A stretch of 64,000 bases of DNA from Bacteroidota bacterium (GCA_016715425.1 JADKAC010000002.1:171351-235350), one strand, 5' to 3'; positions 19,928 to 31,332 are shown, counted from the first letter of the stretch. A program made the numbers and translations. Notes: generated by a model not told the origin, from the sequence alone.

Positions 19928-20491
19928 TTGTATTACCTTTGTGGGCTTTTATCAATAGAGGTGAAGGATCTGAGGGAATATCGCATACCTTTTATAGGGT
20001 TGAAAAATGGACTGCATCACTTTAATTATGAGGTAGATGATTCTTTTTTTTCTCATTTCCCTGCGAGCCAGATAAGTGAAGCGAAGATATTTGTGGATCT
20101 TAGATTTGATAAAAAAGATAGATTGTTCATTCTCAACTTTGATATTTCAGGCTCTGTAAAAAGTGTTTGTGATTTATGTGGACAGGATTTTATTCTTCCT
20201 ATTCACGGCACACATACACAATATATTAAGATGGGAGAAGAACCGGTTGAAATAACAATTGGTAATGAGGATGTAGTTTGGATTTCTGAAGGTGAAAGTA
20301 TTTTAGATGTCTCAGAACTTTTATATGAGTTCATTCATTTAAGTTTGCCGATGCAAAAGATTCATCCTGATAAACCAGATGGCAATCCGGGATGTGATCC
20401 TGAGATATTAAAATTATTACAAAACAGTAAAGCGGAAGCGGATCACACAGATCCTCGTTGGGCTGCTTTAAAACATATTCAAAAAGACTAA
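19928..20491 (+). CDS. DUF177 (YceD-like) protein
   Basis: Sits directly upstream of rpmF, as is typical. CDLCG...C pattern and acidic tail. Start uncertain: TTG at 19928 or GTG at 19961. Confidence 0.75.
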   Translation: MYYLCGLLSIEVKDLREYRIPFIGLKNGLHHFNYEVDDSFFSHFPASQISEAKIFVDLRFDKKDRLFILNFDISGSVKSVCDLCGQDFILPIHGTHTQYIKMGEEPVEITIGNEDVVWISEGESILDVSELLYEFIHLSLPMQKIHPDKPDGNPGCDPEILKLLQNSKAEADHTDPRWAALKHIQKD

Positions 20492-20502
20492 AAAATAGAA
20501 TT

Positions 20503-20688
20503 ATGCCTAATCCTAAACGTCGCCATTCAAAGACAAGGACCAGAGAACGCAGAACACATCATAAGTTGGAAATGCCTCATGTGATGGCTTGCCCTAATTG
20601 TGGATCACCTGTATTGCGTCACCGTGTTTGCGGAGAGTGTGGTAATTACCGTGGCAAAGTAGCCATTGATAAAAGCAACCAATCCTAA
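20503..20688 (+). CDS. rpmF: 50S ribosomal protein L32
   Basis: MPNPKRRHSKTRTRERRTHHKL plus Zn ribbon CPNCG...CGECG. The track ORF begins upstream at 20458, but ATG 20503 fits L32. Confidence 0.95.
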   Translation: MPNPKRRHSKTRTRERRTHHKLEMPHVMACPNCGSPVLRHRVCGECGNYRGKVAIDKSNQS

Positions 20689-20703
20689 GCAGCCTAATAA
20701 GCA

Positions 20704-21705
20704 ATGAATAAACCAAACGCAGCCATTACCGGCGTGCATGGCTGGGTTCCTGAATACCGGCTCACCAACCAGGAATTAGAAAAACTGGTGGATACTACGG
20801 ATGAGTGGATCATGACCCGTACGGGAATTAAAGAAAGACGCATTCTTAAAGGTGAAGGCTTAGCCACATCGGATATGGTGGTGGAAGCCGTTAAAGGTTT
20901 GCTTGAAAAAACTGGCAATACTGTCAAGGATATTGATATGCTGATTGTGGCTACCACCACTCCCGACATGACCTTTCCTGCTACTGCGAATATTGCCTGC
21001 GACAAACTGGGAACAAATCATATTTTAAGCTTTGATATTAGCGCTGCATGTAGCGGATTTTTATTTGCATTGACTACGGGTTCAAAATTTATTGAGACCG
21101 GAACCTACAAAAAAGTAGTTGTTGTTGGCGCAGATAAAATGAGCTCTATCATTGATTATTCCGATCGTGCTACATGTGTAATATTTGGTGATGGTGCCGG
21201 GGCAGTGTTATTGGAACCTAATTATGATGAATTCGGAGTTGTTGATTCAGTTTTAAAATCTGATGGCTCTGGAAGATTTTTCCTACACCAAAAAGCAGGT
21301 GGTTCATTGAAACCGGCTACTTATGAAACGGTTGACAACAACGAACATAAAGTATATCAGGAAGGCAAAACTGTTTTCAAATTTGCCGTGAAAAATATGG
21401 CTGATGTGGCGGAGGAAATAATGCGGCGCAACAACTTAACCAGTGAGGATATTGCTTTTCTTGTTCCCCATCAGGCAAATAAACGTATTATTGATGCAAC
21501 CGCTGAGCGCATGGGTATTCCGCAGGAAAAAGTAATGATTAATATCGAAAAATATGGCAATACTACAGCAGGTACTTTGCCTATATGTTTGTGGGAATGG
21601 GAGAATAAATTAAATAAAGGTGATAATATAATTCTTGCCGCTTTTGGTGGCGGATTTACATGGGGCGCCACTTATATTAAGTGGGCATACAATTCAAAGA
21701 AATAA
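20704..21705 (+). CDS. fabH: beta-ketoacyl-ACP synthase III
   Basis: Active-site Cys context [24 protein letters not shown], and 333 aa. Confidence 0.95.
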   Translation: MNKPNAAITGVHGWVPEYRLTNQELEKLVDTTDEWIMTRTGIKERRILKGEGLATSDMVVEAVKGLLEKTGNTVKDIDMLIVATTTPDMTFPATANIACDKLGTNHILSFDISAACSGFLFALTTGSKFIETGTYKKVVVVGADKMSSIIDYSDRATCVIFGDGAGAVLLEPNYDEFGVVDSVLKSDGSGRFFLHQKAGGSLKPATYETVDNNEHKVYQEGKTVFKFAVKNMADVAEEIMRRNNLTSEDIAFLVPHQANKRIIDATAERMGIPQEKVMINIEKYGNTTAGTLPICLWEWENKLNKGDNIILAAFGGGFTWGATYIKWAYNSKK

Positions 21706-21711
21706 TTTTTT

Positions 21712-22275
21712 ATGGGAACAACTGCAGATTTTAGAAATGGCTTATGCATCGAAATGAATAATGATATTTGGCAAGTAGTAGAATTTCTACACGTAAAGCC
21801 GGGTAAAGGAAATGCATTTGTTAGAAGCAAATTAAAAAGCTTAACAACAGGTAAAGTGTTAGAAAATACTTTTTCTTCAGGGACGAATCTTGATATTGTA
21901 AGAGTTGAACGCCGTACTTGCCAATATCTATATTCAGATGAATATGGTATGACCTTCATGAATGTCGAAACTTTTGAGCAGGTAACTTTAAATAATGAAA
22001 TGGTGGATGGACGTCAATTTATAAAAGAAGGTCAAGAGGTAGATATTTTATTCCATGCTGAAAATGAAAAACCTTTGCTTTGCGAACTTCCTGCACATAT
22101 CGTTTTAGCAATTACATTTGCAGAGCCGGGTGTGAAAGGAAATACTGCAACAAATGCATATAAAAACGCTACTGTAGAAACGGGTGCTAACATTCAAGTG
22201 CCATTGTTTGTAGAAGAAGGTGATAAAATAAAAATAGATACCCGTACATTCGCTTATATGGAACGTGTAAAATAA
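21712..22275 (+). CDS. efp: elongation factor P
   Basis: 187 aa with the HVKPGKGNAFVRSKLK block. Confidence 0.95.
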   Translation: MGTTADFRNGLCIEMNNDIWQVVEFLHVKPGKGNAFVRSKLKSLTTGKVLENTFSSGTNLDIVRVERRTCQYLYSDEYGMTFMNVETFEQVTLNNEMVDGRQFIKEGQEVDILFHAENEKPLLCELPAHIVLAITFAEPGVKGNTATNAYKNATVETGANIQVPLFVEEGDKIKIDTRTFAYMERVK

Positions 22276-22281
22276 CTGATT

Positions 22282-22779
22282 ATGGATTTTAAACAAATAC
22301 AAGAACTCATTAGATTAGTTGGAAAAAATAATATTTCTGAACTGAGTATTGAAGAAGAAAATTTTAAAATAAAAATTAAAACAGTAGGTAATTCTCCTGT
22401 TTTGATGGAATCTCCTACTTATATGCAGGCACCTCCAGTTCAAGCTCCAGTTCAAATTGCATCACCTGTTGTTGAATCATCAAAGGACACTACCACAAAG
22501 TTATCCTCAGCAGAACAAACAGAATCTGTAAATGAAAAATTAATTATTATAAAATCACCGATTGTGGGCACATTCTATCGCTCATCTGGTCCGGATAAAG
22601 AAGTGTTTATCAATGTGGGTGATAATGTAAATGTGGGAAGCGTACTTTGTATTATTGAAGCGATGAAATTGTTTAATGAAATCGAATCAGAGTATAGCGG
22701 CACTATCGTAAAAATATTAGTGGATGATGCCACTCCGGTTGAATATGATCAACCACTTTTTCTAATTGATACCAAATAA
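22282..22779 (+). CDS. accB: acetyl-CoA carboxylase biotin carboxyl carrier protein
   Basis: Pro/Ala-rich linker and biotinylation motif EAMKLFNEI. Confidence 0.95.
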   Translation: MDFKQIQELIRLVGKNNISELSIEEENFKIKIKTVGNSPVLMESPTYMQAPPVQAPVQIASPVVESSKDTTTKLSSAEQTESVNEKLIIIKSPIVGTFYRSSGPDKEVFINVGDNVNVGSVLCIIEAMKLFNEIESEYSGTIVKILVDDATPVEYDQPLFLIDTK

Positions 22780-22839
22780 TTTTCCGAGAACCCGGAATTA
22801 ATTATTCTCATTTTTACCCGAATAATTAAACGCATATAA

Positions 22840-24189
22840 ATGTTTAAAAAAATTCTGATAGCAAACCGTGGAGAAATTGCCTTGCGCATTATTCGTACTG
22901 CAAAAGAAATGGGTGTAAAAACGGTTGCTGTGTATTCAACTGCCGATAAAGAAAGTTTACCCGTGCGATTTGCTGATGAAGCGGTGTGTATCGGACCACC
23001 TCCCAGTAAGGATAGTTATTTAAGCATTCCAAACATTATGGCTGCTGCTGAAATTACAAACGCTGATGCCATTCATCCCGGCTATGGGTTTTTAAGTGAG
23101 AATCAGGGATTTGCTGAAATATGTAAGCAATACGGTATAAAATTTATTGGTCCACAACCGGAACATATTCAAGTGATGGGCGATAAGATTACTGCTAAGG
23201 AAACCATGCGCAAAGCAGGTGTTCCTGTAGTTCCCGGAAGTGCAGGTTTGTTGGACAGTGTAAGTGATGCAAAAAAACAAGCAAAAAAAATCGGGTATCC
23301 TGTAATATTAAAAGCAACTGCTGGTGGTGGTGGAAAAGGAATGCGCATTGTTTGGAAAGAGAGTGAAATAGAAAATGCATACGCATCTGCAAGTGCTGAA
23401 TCAAAAGCTTCTTTCAGCAATGATGCGTTGTACATGGAGAAATTTGTGGAAGAACCCCGACATATTGAAATACAAGTGGCCGGTGATCAATTTGGAAATG
23501 CTTGCCATCTCAGTGAAAGAGATTGTTCTATACAACGCAGACATCAAAAATTAGTAGAGGAAAGCCCTTCACCATTTGTGGATGAAGCAATGCGAGAACA
23601 AATGGGAGATATTGCAGTGAGAGCAGCAGAAAGTATTCAGTATGAAGGCGTAGGTACTATTGAATTTTTAGTGGATAAGCACCGCAATTTCTACTTCATG
23701 GAAATGAATACTCGTATTCAAGTGGAACATCCGGTTACGGAAGAAGTAGTGGATTACGATCTTATTAAAGAGCAAATAAAAATTGCCGCCGGTGAAAAAA
23801 TATCTGGTAAAAATTATTATCCATTATTGCATGCAATGGAGTGCAGAATAAATGCTGAAGATCCTTCAAAAGGTTTTATGCCTTGTCCGGGAAAAATTAT
23901 AAATTTTCATTCTCCTAAAGGTCATGGTGTGCGAGTGGATACTGCCGTGTATGCCGGTTATACAATTCCGCCGTATTATGATAGCATGATTGCGAAATTG
24001 ATTTGCAAAGCGAGAACTCGTGATGAAGTAATTTTAAAAATGCAGCGGGCTTTAGATGAATTTATTGTAGAAGGAATTAAAACAACAATTCCTTTCCATA
24101 AAAAATTAATGCGTGATGAAAGATTCAGAGCAGGAAAATTTGATACTTCTTTTCTAAATAATTTTGATTTCAGTGATTTAGGAGATTGA
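22840..24189 (+). CDS. accC: acetyl-CoA carboxylase biotin carboxylase subunit
   Basis: 449 aa. [14 protein letters not shown]-grasp GGGGKGMR, and [14 protein letters not shown]. Confidence 0.97.
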   Translation: MFKKILIANRGEIALRIIRTAKEMGVKTVAVYSTADKESLPVRFADEAVCIGPPPSKDSYLSIPNIMAAAEITNADAIHPGYGFLSENQGFAEICKQYGIKFIGPQPEHIQVMGDKITAKETMRKAGVPVVPGSAGLLDSVSDAKKQAKKIGYPVILKATAGGGGKGMRIVWKESEIENAYASASAESKASFSNDALYMEKFVEEPRHIEIQVAGDQFGNACHLSERDCSIQRRHQKLVEESPSPFVDEAMREQMGDIAVRAAESIQYEGVGTIEFLVDKHRNFYFMEMNTRIQVEHPVTEEVVDYDLIKEQIKIAAGEKISGKNYYPLLHAMECRINAEDPSKGFMPCPGKIINFHSPKGHGVRVDTAVYAGYTIPPYYDSMIAKLICKARTRDEVILKMQRALDEFIVEGIKTTIPFHKKLMRDERFRAGKFDTSFLNNFDFSDLGD

Positions 24190-24195
24190 TAGGAC

Positions 24196-24362
<167 letters not shown>

Positions 24363-24363
<1 letters not shown>

Positions 24364-25298
24364 TTCAACTTTTCAATCGCTGCATTAATATTTTCCTCCA
24401 CATCTTCATTTGTATTTTCAGAAGGCACAAATGTATTTCCTGTTACCAATTCAAATAATTCAATATATCGTTCGCTGATATTCTGAACAATACTTTCAGT
24501 CATTTCCGGAACTGTTTGACCTTCTTTTCCCATAAAATTATTTTCTATCAGCCATTCTCTTACAAACTCTTTTGATAATTGTTTTTGTGGTTCTCCATTT
24601 TTTTGTCGTTCAGCATAACCTTCTTTATAAAAATATCTGGAAGAGTCTGGTGTATGAATTTCATCCATCAATAAAATGCGATCATCGGATTTTCCAAACT
24701 CATATTTTGTATCCACTAAAATAAGTCCACGCTCATTTGCCATGTGTGAACCTATTGCAAATAATTTTCTGGTGTATTCTTCTAACACTTTGTATTCTTC
24801 CTCACTTACTAATAGCGTTGCAATTATTTCTTCTCTTGAAATATCCTCATCATGCCCTTCTGATGCTTTAGTGGTAGGTGTAATTATTAGCTCAGGAAAT
24901 GCATCATTCTCCTGCATATTTTCCGGCATTGCAACGCCACAAATAATCCGCTTCCCACTTTTATATTCACGCCATGCATGGCCACTTAAATAACCTCTAA
25001 TCACCATCTCTACTTTATAGGGTTCACATTTTATTCCGATTGAAACTCGTGGGTCTGGAGTGCTGAGTAACCAATTAGGTATTTCATTTTTTGTCGCATT
25101 TAAAAAATAAGCGGCTATCTGATTTAATACTTGCCCTTTATAAGGAATTGGTTTTGGCAACACCACATCAAATGCAGAAATTCTATCGCTGGCTATCATT
25201 ACCAAATATGTATCCTGAATAGTATATACATCCCGCACTTTCCCTTTATAAAATGCAGTTTGTCCTTTAAACTTATTGTTGATTATTTCTGCCGACAT
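24363..25298 (-). CDS. purC: phosphoribosylaminoimidazole-succinocarboxamide (SAICAR) synthase; native 3' end lost in the anomalous block
   Basis: YKGKVRDVY...SDRISAFDV...KGQVLNQI blocks. The last credible residues are ...NAAIEKLK at about 24363. The 447-aa track ORF (to 23976) reads through junk and antisense accC. Likely start MSAEII at 25298. Confidence 0.88.
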
Positions 25299-25331
25299 GC
25301 AAATTTTTATTTGCAACAAAAATAGTGTTGC

Positions 25332-27905
25332 TTATTGAATATTATAAGCCACCACAAAATTTCCATTGGAAGAAACAAACAGGTTACCTTTTTCAATTAC
25401 AATAAAATCACCTGATGCTTCAACAGGAAAACTATTTGTTAATGTGCCATCGGATTGTATTAAGAAGAATTTTTGTAACTGCGGATTTATAATTCCGATG
25501 TATGCATTTTTACTATTGGAGTAGGTATAAATTTTATATTCATCAGTGTTATCAATAGGAAAACTCCATAATGGTTTTTTATCAATTGATTCTGCAACTA
25601 ATGCTGTTGAAGTTAAATAAATCAAATCTGTTTTATTATCCCTATTTATATCCAATAAAGTAGCATCCTTTGTTTCATTACTGATACTATTTGATGTAAT
25701 TTTTCCATCTAATGTTATTTGCAAAAGTTTGTATTGTTTATCTATTGCTATAAGTTGATTTGTATTTTTTGTATCATCCGGAATTAATGCAGTGATTAAT
25801 GCAAAATCGTTTTTCACACTTTTAATTCTGTTCTCACCCTTTCTATTTTTCAAATTAATTATTCCTTCCGCATTTGAATACAAAATATAATCTTTTTGAT
25901 TGCTAAATACATACGAAAATTCATTAGTAATTACTCCTGATTTTTTTAAAGGACTCCATCCCGGCAATGGTTTTCCATCCTTATAATAGCCGTAAATATT
26001 TCCATTTTGGCATCCAATAAACATACGGTAATCACCTTTGCCATCGTAATCAATTAGAGATAATGGCGAAGTAACTTCTGTGGTTACACTTATCGGAAAT
26101 CCTTCCACATCTCTTCCTAACATATCCAACATGTGTATGCCATCAGCCGCCGCAAACAGAATTTGTTTTTTACCATTTTTATAAAAATCAATCGTGTATA
26201 GTTTATCTGTAAGTGGCGCATTCAATTTGCGTTTCCATTCAATACTTCCATCCGGAGAAATAAGATACACTTGCAAAGCCGTGTCTTGTAAAAAGATATT
26301 TTCTTTACCAGAAATATGATTGAATACAGTATAAGGTCCATTCAATATCGGGTTGTCAATTTGTGTTTTCCATGCGATACCACTTTGCTGTTTTGCTTTG
26401 GATGCATACAGAATATCGCCACTTACGATATGCATATTTTTTGTTGCAGAGAAGCGCATCAATAAGCCATTGTATTTTTGAAATGGAAATGCATTCGCCG
26501 AATCACTCGCAAAAGTATTTTGTACTAAAGCACTCATTAAGGCAGGATTTAAATACACACTGTAATTACAATTACTTGCTACCTGCGATTTCAAATTCTC
26601 ATAATCCTTATCCTGTTTTAATGTTTGTTGATTCACATACGCATCTATCACATTCATCAATTGATTTATGGATGTAGAAACTAAAATATATCCTTGAACT
26701 ACCGATGCATATACAGTTTCAGGCCCTTTACCAAAACCCGAAATAGCGTGCATAATTTCAGTCTTAGGTATTGTATAAATAACATATTGATTATAATTGC
26801 TCGAAGAATTTTCTGATAAAATAGAAAGACTTTTCAACGCAAGGTCTTCATCAATCACCTGCATAATAATATAGGATTTATTATTGAGTGATGCATCATA
26901 CGGTTGCGAAATCGCATAGGTAAAACTTGTACCTAACCAAGTACCCCAATCACTTTTTATATTGCTACTTGTATTCTTCCTATTTTCGAAAATTCCCAAA
27001 GCAGAATTTCCCTGAAAAGCAAATGCGGTATTTCTAATTAAAAAATTATCGACATCATCAAAATTAAATTCAGCATTTGTATATCCTGACAAAACAGCAT
27101 TTATTTTTGATGAACTTGCATAGCCACTTATTCCAATTCCAGATTCTGAAAATTTTAAATCCAAAGAAATCCACGAAGTAAACCCTGCCAATTGTTGTGA
27201 TGCTTTATAATAATCTTTTTTCAAAAAACTACCTGCATAAAAACTCAATTGTTCTAAGTTTATAAATACATTCGGAATTGTATCTTTTATACTTTGATTA
27301 TAAATATTTTTAAAAGCAATATCTGTATTTAATCCAGTGGATGACTTTATTTGTGATATCGCACTTTCCACTAATACTGCTGATGTACTGAATAAAAATA
27401 TATTCCCCACCATTGCACAACTAACTTTTATTCCCGGAATTTTATAGGAATACACCAATTCTTTATTACTGCTGTAAGATTGCACCTCTGCAGTGTTATC
27501 ATCAAGTGTCCAAGTAAGTTTTTTTAAACGGTAGCCAGAAGTTTTACAAGCAAAAATATATTCTGCATTTCCTGCATTCACGGTTACTGCAGATGCAACA
27601 ATTTTTCCTGTTGCCAATGCATTTTTTAAATCAGGATCTGTATCAGAAAAATTATTTAATAATTGTGTTCCTACTTCCAGATCATTTAATAATTTAATCG
27701 AACGCAAATCATTCCATTGCGGAGCAGAAAAAAAATTGTTTTCAATTGCTGCCAAATTCTTTGCATCAATTACAATCAAAGCATTTGAAGAAATGGCATC
27801 AATGGGTTCGGATTTAATTCCACCCGGCCGCATAAAAAAATACCAACTGGCAGCTAAAGCAGCCAGCACAATTACAATCCAAAAAATCAAACGTTTGTTA
27901 TGCAT
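25332..27905 (-). CDS. N-terminally membrane-anchored protein of unknown function with C-terminal FG-GAP/beta-propeller-like repeats
   Basis: About 857 aa from MHNKRLIFWIVIVLAALAASWYFF (TM helix). The C-terminal third carries DYDGKGDYRMF and DINRDNKTDLIY Ca-binding-like repeat motifs. Confidence 0.75.
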   Translation of the reverse strand: MHNKRLIFWIVIVLAALAASWYFFMRPGGIKSEPIDAISSNALIVIDAKNLAAIENNFFSAPQWNDLRSIKLLNDLEVGTQLLNNFSDTDPDLKNALATGKIVASAVTVNAGNAEYIFACKTSGYRLKKLTWTLDDNTAEVQSYSSNKELVYSYKIPGIKVSCAMVGNIFLFSTSAVLVESAISQIKSSTGLNTDIAFKNIYNQSIKDTIPNVFINLEQLSFYAGSFLKKDYYKASQQLAGFTSWISLDLKFSESGIGISGYASSSKINAVLSGYTNAEFNFDDVDNFLIRNTAFAFQGNSALGIFENRKNTSSNIKSDWGTWLGTSFTYAISQPYDASLNNKSYIIMQVIDEDLALKSLSILSENSSSNYNQYVIYTIPKTEIMHAISGFGKGPETVYASVVQGYILVSTSINQLMNVIDAYVNQQTLKQDKDYENLKSQVASNCNYSVYLNPALMSALVQNTFASDSANAFPFQKYNGLLMRFSATKNMHIVSGDILYASKAKQQSGIAWKTQIDNPILNGPYTVFNHISGKENIFLQDTALQVYLISPDGSIEWKRKLNAPLTDKLYTIDFYKNGKKQILFAAADGIHMLDMLGRDVEGFPISVTTEVTSPLSLIDYDGKGDYRMFIGCQNGNIYGYYKDGKPLPGWSPLKKSGVITNEFSYVFSNQKDYILYSNAEGIINLKNRKGENRIKSVKNDFALITALIPDDTKNTNQLIAIDKQYKLLQITLDGKITSNSISNETKDATLLDINRDNKTDLIYLTSTALVAESIDKKPLWSFPIDNTDEYKIYTYSNSKNAYIGIINPQLQKFFLIQSDGTLTNSFPVEASGDFIVIEKGNLFVSSNGNFVVAYNIQ

Positions 27906-27979
27906 GTTAGAATATCTTTGCAAAGGTATCCTTTACGGAGGTGGGTTAATTCACAAACTAAAAAGTGCATGTACATAAT

Positions 27980-28378
27980 ATGAAGCAGATAAAATCAATA
28001 TTAATTGCAGGAGTTGTTCTTGGTGGAACAGGCGTAATTGCAGGCGCCTTCGGAACACATTCACTTGGAGATCGTATTGCAGCAGAACATCTGAATGTTT
28101 TTGAAACAGCAGTGCGATATCAAATGTATCATGCACTTGCATTATGCATAACAGGATTACTTGCAGCTAAAAATTTTGCAAAACAATTTAGATATGCTGC
28201 ATTATGTTTTTTCACTGGCGTTATAATTTTTAGTGGCTCACTGTATGCACTTTCTACTTCTGAACTATGGGCAGGAAATTATATGCGTTGGCTGGGAGCG
28301 ATAACTCCTATCGGTGGAGCATTATTAATTACTGGATGGCTATTTCTTGGAGTTGCAATTATGAAGTCAAATAAGTAA
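27980..28378 (+). CDS. DUF423 (YgdD/TMEM256-like) membrane protein
   Basis: Four TM helices, with GAFGTHSL and AVRYQMYHALAL motifs. Confidence 0.8.
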   Translation: MKQIKSILIAGVVLGGTGVIAGAFGTHSLGDRIAAEHLNVFETAVRYQMYHALALCITGLLAAKNFAKQFRYAALCFFTGVIIFSGSLYALSTSELWAGNYMRWLGAITPIGGALLITGWLFLGVAIMKSNK

Positions 28379-28653
28379 AATATACTTTGAATGATTTTGA
28401 CCCTCTCCTTACTCTCCCCTGCCTGCGGTAGGTAAACTTAAAAAGGAGAGTGATAAATCTTCTTTCTTTTGAAGTTAGTGCTACATTGATATTTATTTGA
28501 TCTTATTTTAAAAAGAAAGAAAGCATTTATTATTACATCTGCATCTGATAGAACAACTGCAAAAATGTCTTCCCTCTTAATGGAAGATACGAGATGAGTC
28601 AAATGAAGTTTAATTTAAATCCCTTACTCTACTTTAAAAGAAAAATCCTTTGT

Positions 28654-28684
28654 AAAATAAAAATAGCCACAGTTTCCTGTAGCT
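28654..28684 (-). terminator. Rho-independent terminator after the OmpA-family gene
   Basis: Minus-strand AGCUACAG-GAAA-CUGUGGCU forms an 8-bp stem (one G-U) with a GNRA loop, followed by AUUUUUAUUUU. Confidence 0.6.
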
Positions 28685-28707
28685 ACTTTCTTAAATTTTA
28701 ATTGTAA

Positions 28708-31332
28708 TTATTTACACTTGTATTTCATGTTTTTTGCATCGAAGGAGCAACCACCTGCTTCCACTATTTTCAATCCAACAATTAATGATTGAGGTGTAGT
28801 AGTGTTGATTTTTGTTTCTACATCTTTCAACATCACTTCACCTAACTGAAGATTTTTCATTTTAAATACATCTCCCTTCACGGTTGATCCATCACTTAAT
28901 GTGGTAGGTTTATCATTTATAAAATCTGCATCTGAAACAGTACCTGCAGCTTTCAGCAATAAAAAGAATTCATCGCTCACCATTGCTACTTTAAGTGTTG
29001 GATTAGGATTCAAAATATATTTAGTTTGTTCTACGCCATTCACCATTGCATTTCCTTCATACATATTTCCTTTCTTAGAAATTGTATTATCCAAAGCAGC
29101 AGCAGCTACTCCCGCAGTTGTAGTTGTTGTTGTTGTAGTCGTAGTAGTTTTCTTTTCTTCATTTCCCAAATCTCCGGTATCACCACCGCCATCATCAGAT
29201 CCACCCTCATCATCCAGCTGTTGTAATTGATCCAATTGATTTTGTCTGTTCTGATCTTCTTGTTGTTGCTTCTCTCTTTCTAATGCTTTCATTGCATCTA
29301 TCTCAGCTTGATTATAAGTGATGTTTGTATTTGGAATCTCACCGATAATTGTAAACTCAGTACGTCTGTTAATCGCATGTTCTTCCTCAGAACATTTTGC
29401 ACCATTCGAACATTTGTTTTTCAACTTAGTTTCACCATAACCTTTAGCAACTAATCTTGTTGGTTCAACTCCTTTATTAATTAAATAATCAACAACGGAT
29501 TGCGCACGGCGTTGTGATAAGTCAAGGTTATAACTATCACTACCACGGCTATCTGTATGTGAACCAATCTCTGCAATAATCGCAGGATTTTCTACCATTA
29601 CAGTTAACAAAGAATCTAATGAAGCAAATGACTCCGGACGCAATTCTGCCTTATCCAATTCGTAATAAATATTTTTTACTTCAATTTCCTTTTTTATTGG
29701 AATTGGTTCAATCATAATGTCTACATATAATGTATCATCATCTATCATCCCAACAGTAGTTGTTGTAGCTTCACCTTTATAGTAACCATCTTTAATTGCA
29801 GTAACACGATATTTTGCATATTCAGTACCACGATAGAATTCAAACATTTTTGTTGTTTGACTGGAAGCTGAATCTACCTTAGCAGAATTAGCAAGTAAGG
29901 TAACCGCAGCACCATCAATAACAGAACTATCTTTTGCAGAAAGTACACGACCCATAATTGTAAACAACGGTGGAATGATATATTCAAACTGATAAATATC
30001 ATCGCAACAAGTTTCGCTCTTCACAGAATAACCGCCTTTACGATTTGAAACTAAGAAACCAGTACGAGCTCTTTTTGTATCTAATGAATAATAAAAATCA
30101 TCTACTGATGAATTGATTGGAAAGCCGAGGTTGGCAACATTTTTAAAGCTCTTTAATCCACCATCTGCTTTATAAATATCCTGACCTCCCACATTTATTT
30201 GTCCGTTAGAACTGAAATAAAATTTATCTTCCTTCACACTATAAAAAGGTGTGATTTCATCACCTGCTGTATTTATTTTTCTACCACAGTTTTGAGGTAC
30301 GGTATAGTCTGCTCCGTTATTTCTTATTTCGGAATACCAAATATCCATTCCGCCAACTGCACCTTCACGATTGGATGAAAAATATAACAGCTCTTTGCCT
30401 TTATATAATCCAACTGCTGGATGTGTGGTTGTATATTTTGTACCTGATGCATTTATATCAGTAAGCTCTTTTCCTTTTGTCCATTCATTATTACGGAATT
30501 CACTCATATAGATTTTACAAACCATTTGTAAAGAATCATTCGGATTACATTCTGTGTAATAAAATCTTTTACCATCGGGTGAGTAAGCTCCATTTCCAGT
30601 ATGAGCGGTGGTTTCATTTATAGCACCCGCTAATTGTTGTGCTTTAGCCCAACCTTCGCCTTGTGGTTTCGCTTCAAAAATTCTTGATTTTAATTCTACT
30701 TTTTTACTGCTCCCTAAATCAATTATTTCTTCACTTACTAAAGATCCATAAATAAGATTTGTATTTGTAGGATCATATTTAGGTGAGAAATCGGTGTAGT
30801 TATTATTTACATTTTTATTCAAGTGTGTAATTTCTACATCCACCGGATCGGCTTGTAATAATAGAGCAAGGTCACAACCTTTTTGTTCATTTTTTGCAAG
30901 ACGTTTGTAATACGCAGCTTCCTGACCACGCATTCTTGTTTTATTAAATGCTTTGAATTCAGCAGAGGCAGCATCATATTTGCCATTCATCTTCAAACTC
31001 AATGCATAATAATATTGTGTTTGCGGATAATCTGTGGGAGCTTTATCCCACATTTTCTTAAACCATGTTTCAGAGTTTTCGTAATCTCTGGCTTTGTAAT
31101 AAGTAGTTGCAAGTTGATAGCCTACATAATTATCTGCATTCTTATTATATTCCTGCAAATAAATATCTATTGCATTGTAGTAACTGCCCGATTTCAATAA
31201 TTCATCGGCAAGCATTACTTCACGATTCACTTTTATTTTAGATTTCTTTGGCTTATCATCTCCACTGGATTGTGCAGAAACTAATTGCATCATCATCACC
31301 ATTGAAATACAAATCATTAATATCTTTTTCAT
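28708..31332 (-). CDS. OmpA-family peptidoglycan-binding protein (TPR plus TolB-like beta-propeller repeats plus OmpA_C) with an extra low-complexity linker and C-terminal domain
   Basis: 874 aa with a signal peptide. OmpA_C block NIYYELDKAEL...GSHTDSRGSDSYNLDLSQRRAQSV...GYGE...NRRTEF. This is followed by a Q/D/G-rich stretch, a T11 run and about 130 further residues. Confidence 0.85.
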   Translation of the reverse strand: MKKILMICISMVMMMQLVSAQSSGDDKPKKSKIKVNREVMLADELLKSGSYYNAIDIYLQEYNKNADNYVGYQLATTYYKARDYENSETWFKKMWDKAPTDYPQTQYYYALSLKMNGKYDAASAEFKAFNKTRMRGQEAAYYKRLAKNEQKGCDLALLLQADPVDVEITHLNKNVNNNYTDFSPKYDPTNTNLIYGSLVSEEIIDLGSSKKVELKSRIFEAKPQGEGWAKAQQLAGAINETTAHTGNGAYSPDGKRFYYTECNPNDSLQMVCKIYMSEFRNNEWTKGKELTDINASGTKYTTTHPAVGLYKGKELLYFSSNREGAVGGMDIWYSEIRNNGADYTVPQNCGRKINTAGDEITPFYSVKEDKFYFSSNGQINVGGQDIYKADGGLKSFKNVANLGFPINSSVDDFYYSLDTKRARTGFLVSNRKGGYSVKSETCCDDIYQFEYIIPPLFTIMGRVLSAKDSSVIDGAAVTLLANSAKVDSASSQTTKMFEFYRGTEYAKYRVTAIKDGYYKGEATTTTVGMIDDDTLYVDIMIEPIPIKKEIEVKNIYYELDKAELRPESFASLDSLLTVMVENPAIIAEIGSHTDSRGSDSYNLDLSQRRAQSVVDYLINKGVEPTRLVAKGYGETKLKNKCSNGAKCSEEEHAINRRTEFTIIGEIPNTNITYNQAEIDAMKALEREKQQQEDQNRQNQLDQLQQLDDEGGSDDGGGDTGDLGNEEKKTTTTTTTTTTTAGVAAAALDNTISKKGNMYEGNAMVNGVEQTKYILNPNPTLKVAMVSDEFFLLLKAAGTVSDADFINDKPTTLSDGSTVKGDVFKMKNLQLGEVMLKDVETKINTTTPQSLIVGLKIVEAGGCSFDAKNMKYKCK

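Noticed and set aside
20689-20703. plsX is absent between rpmF and fabH.
   Set aside because: This gene-order variation is common outside proteobacteria and firmicutes. The 15-nt gap leaves no room for a lost gene.
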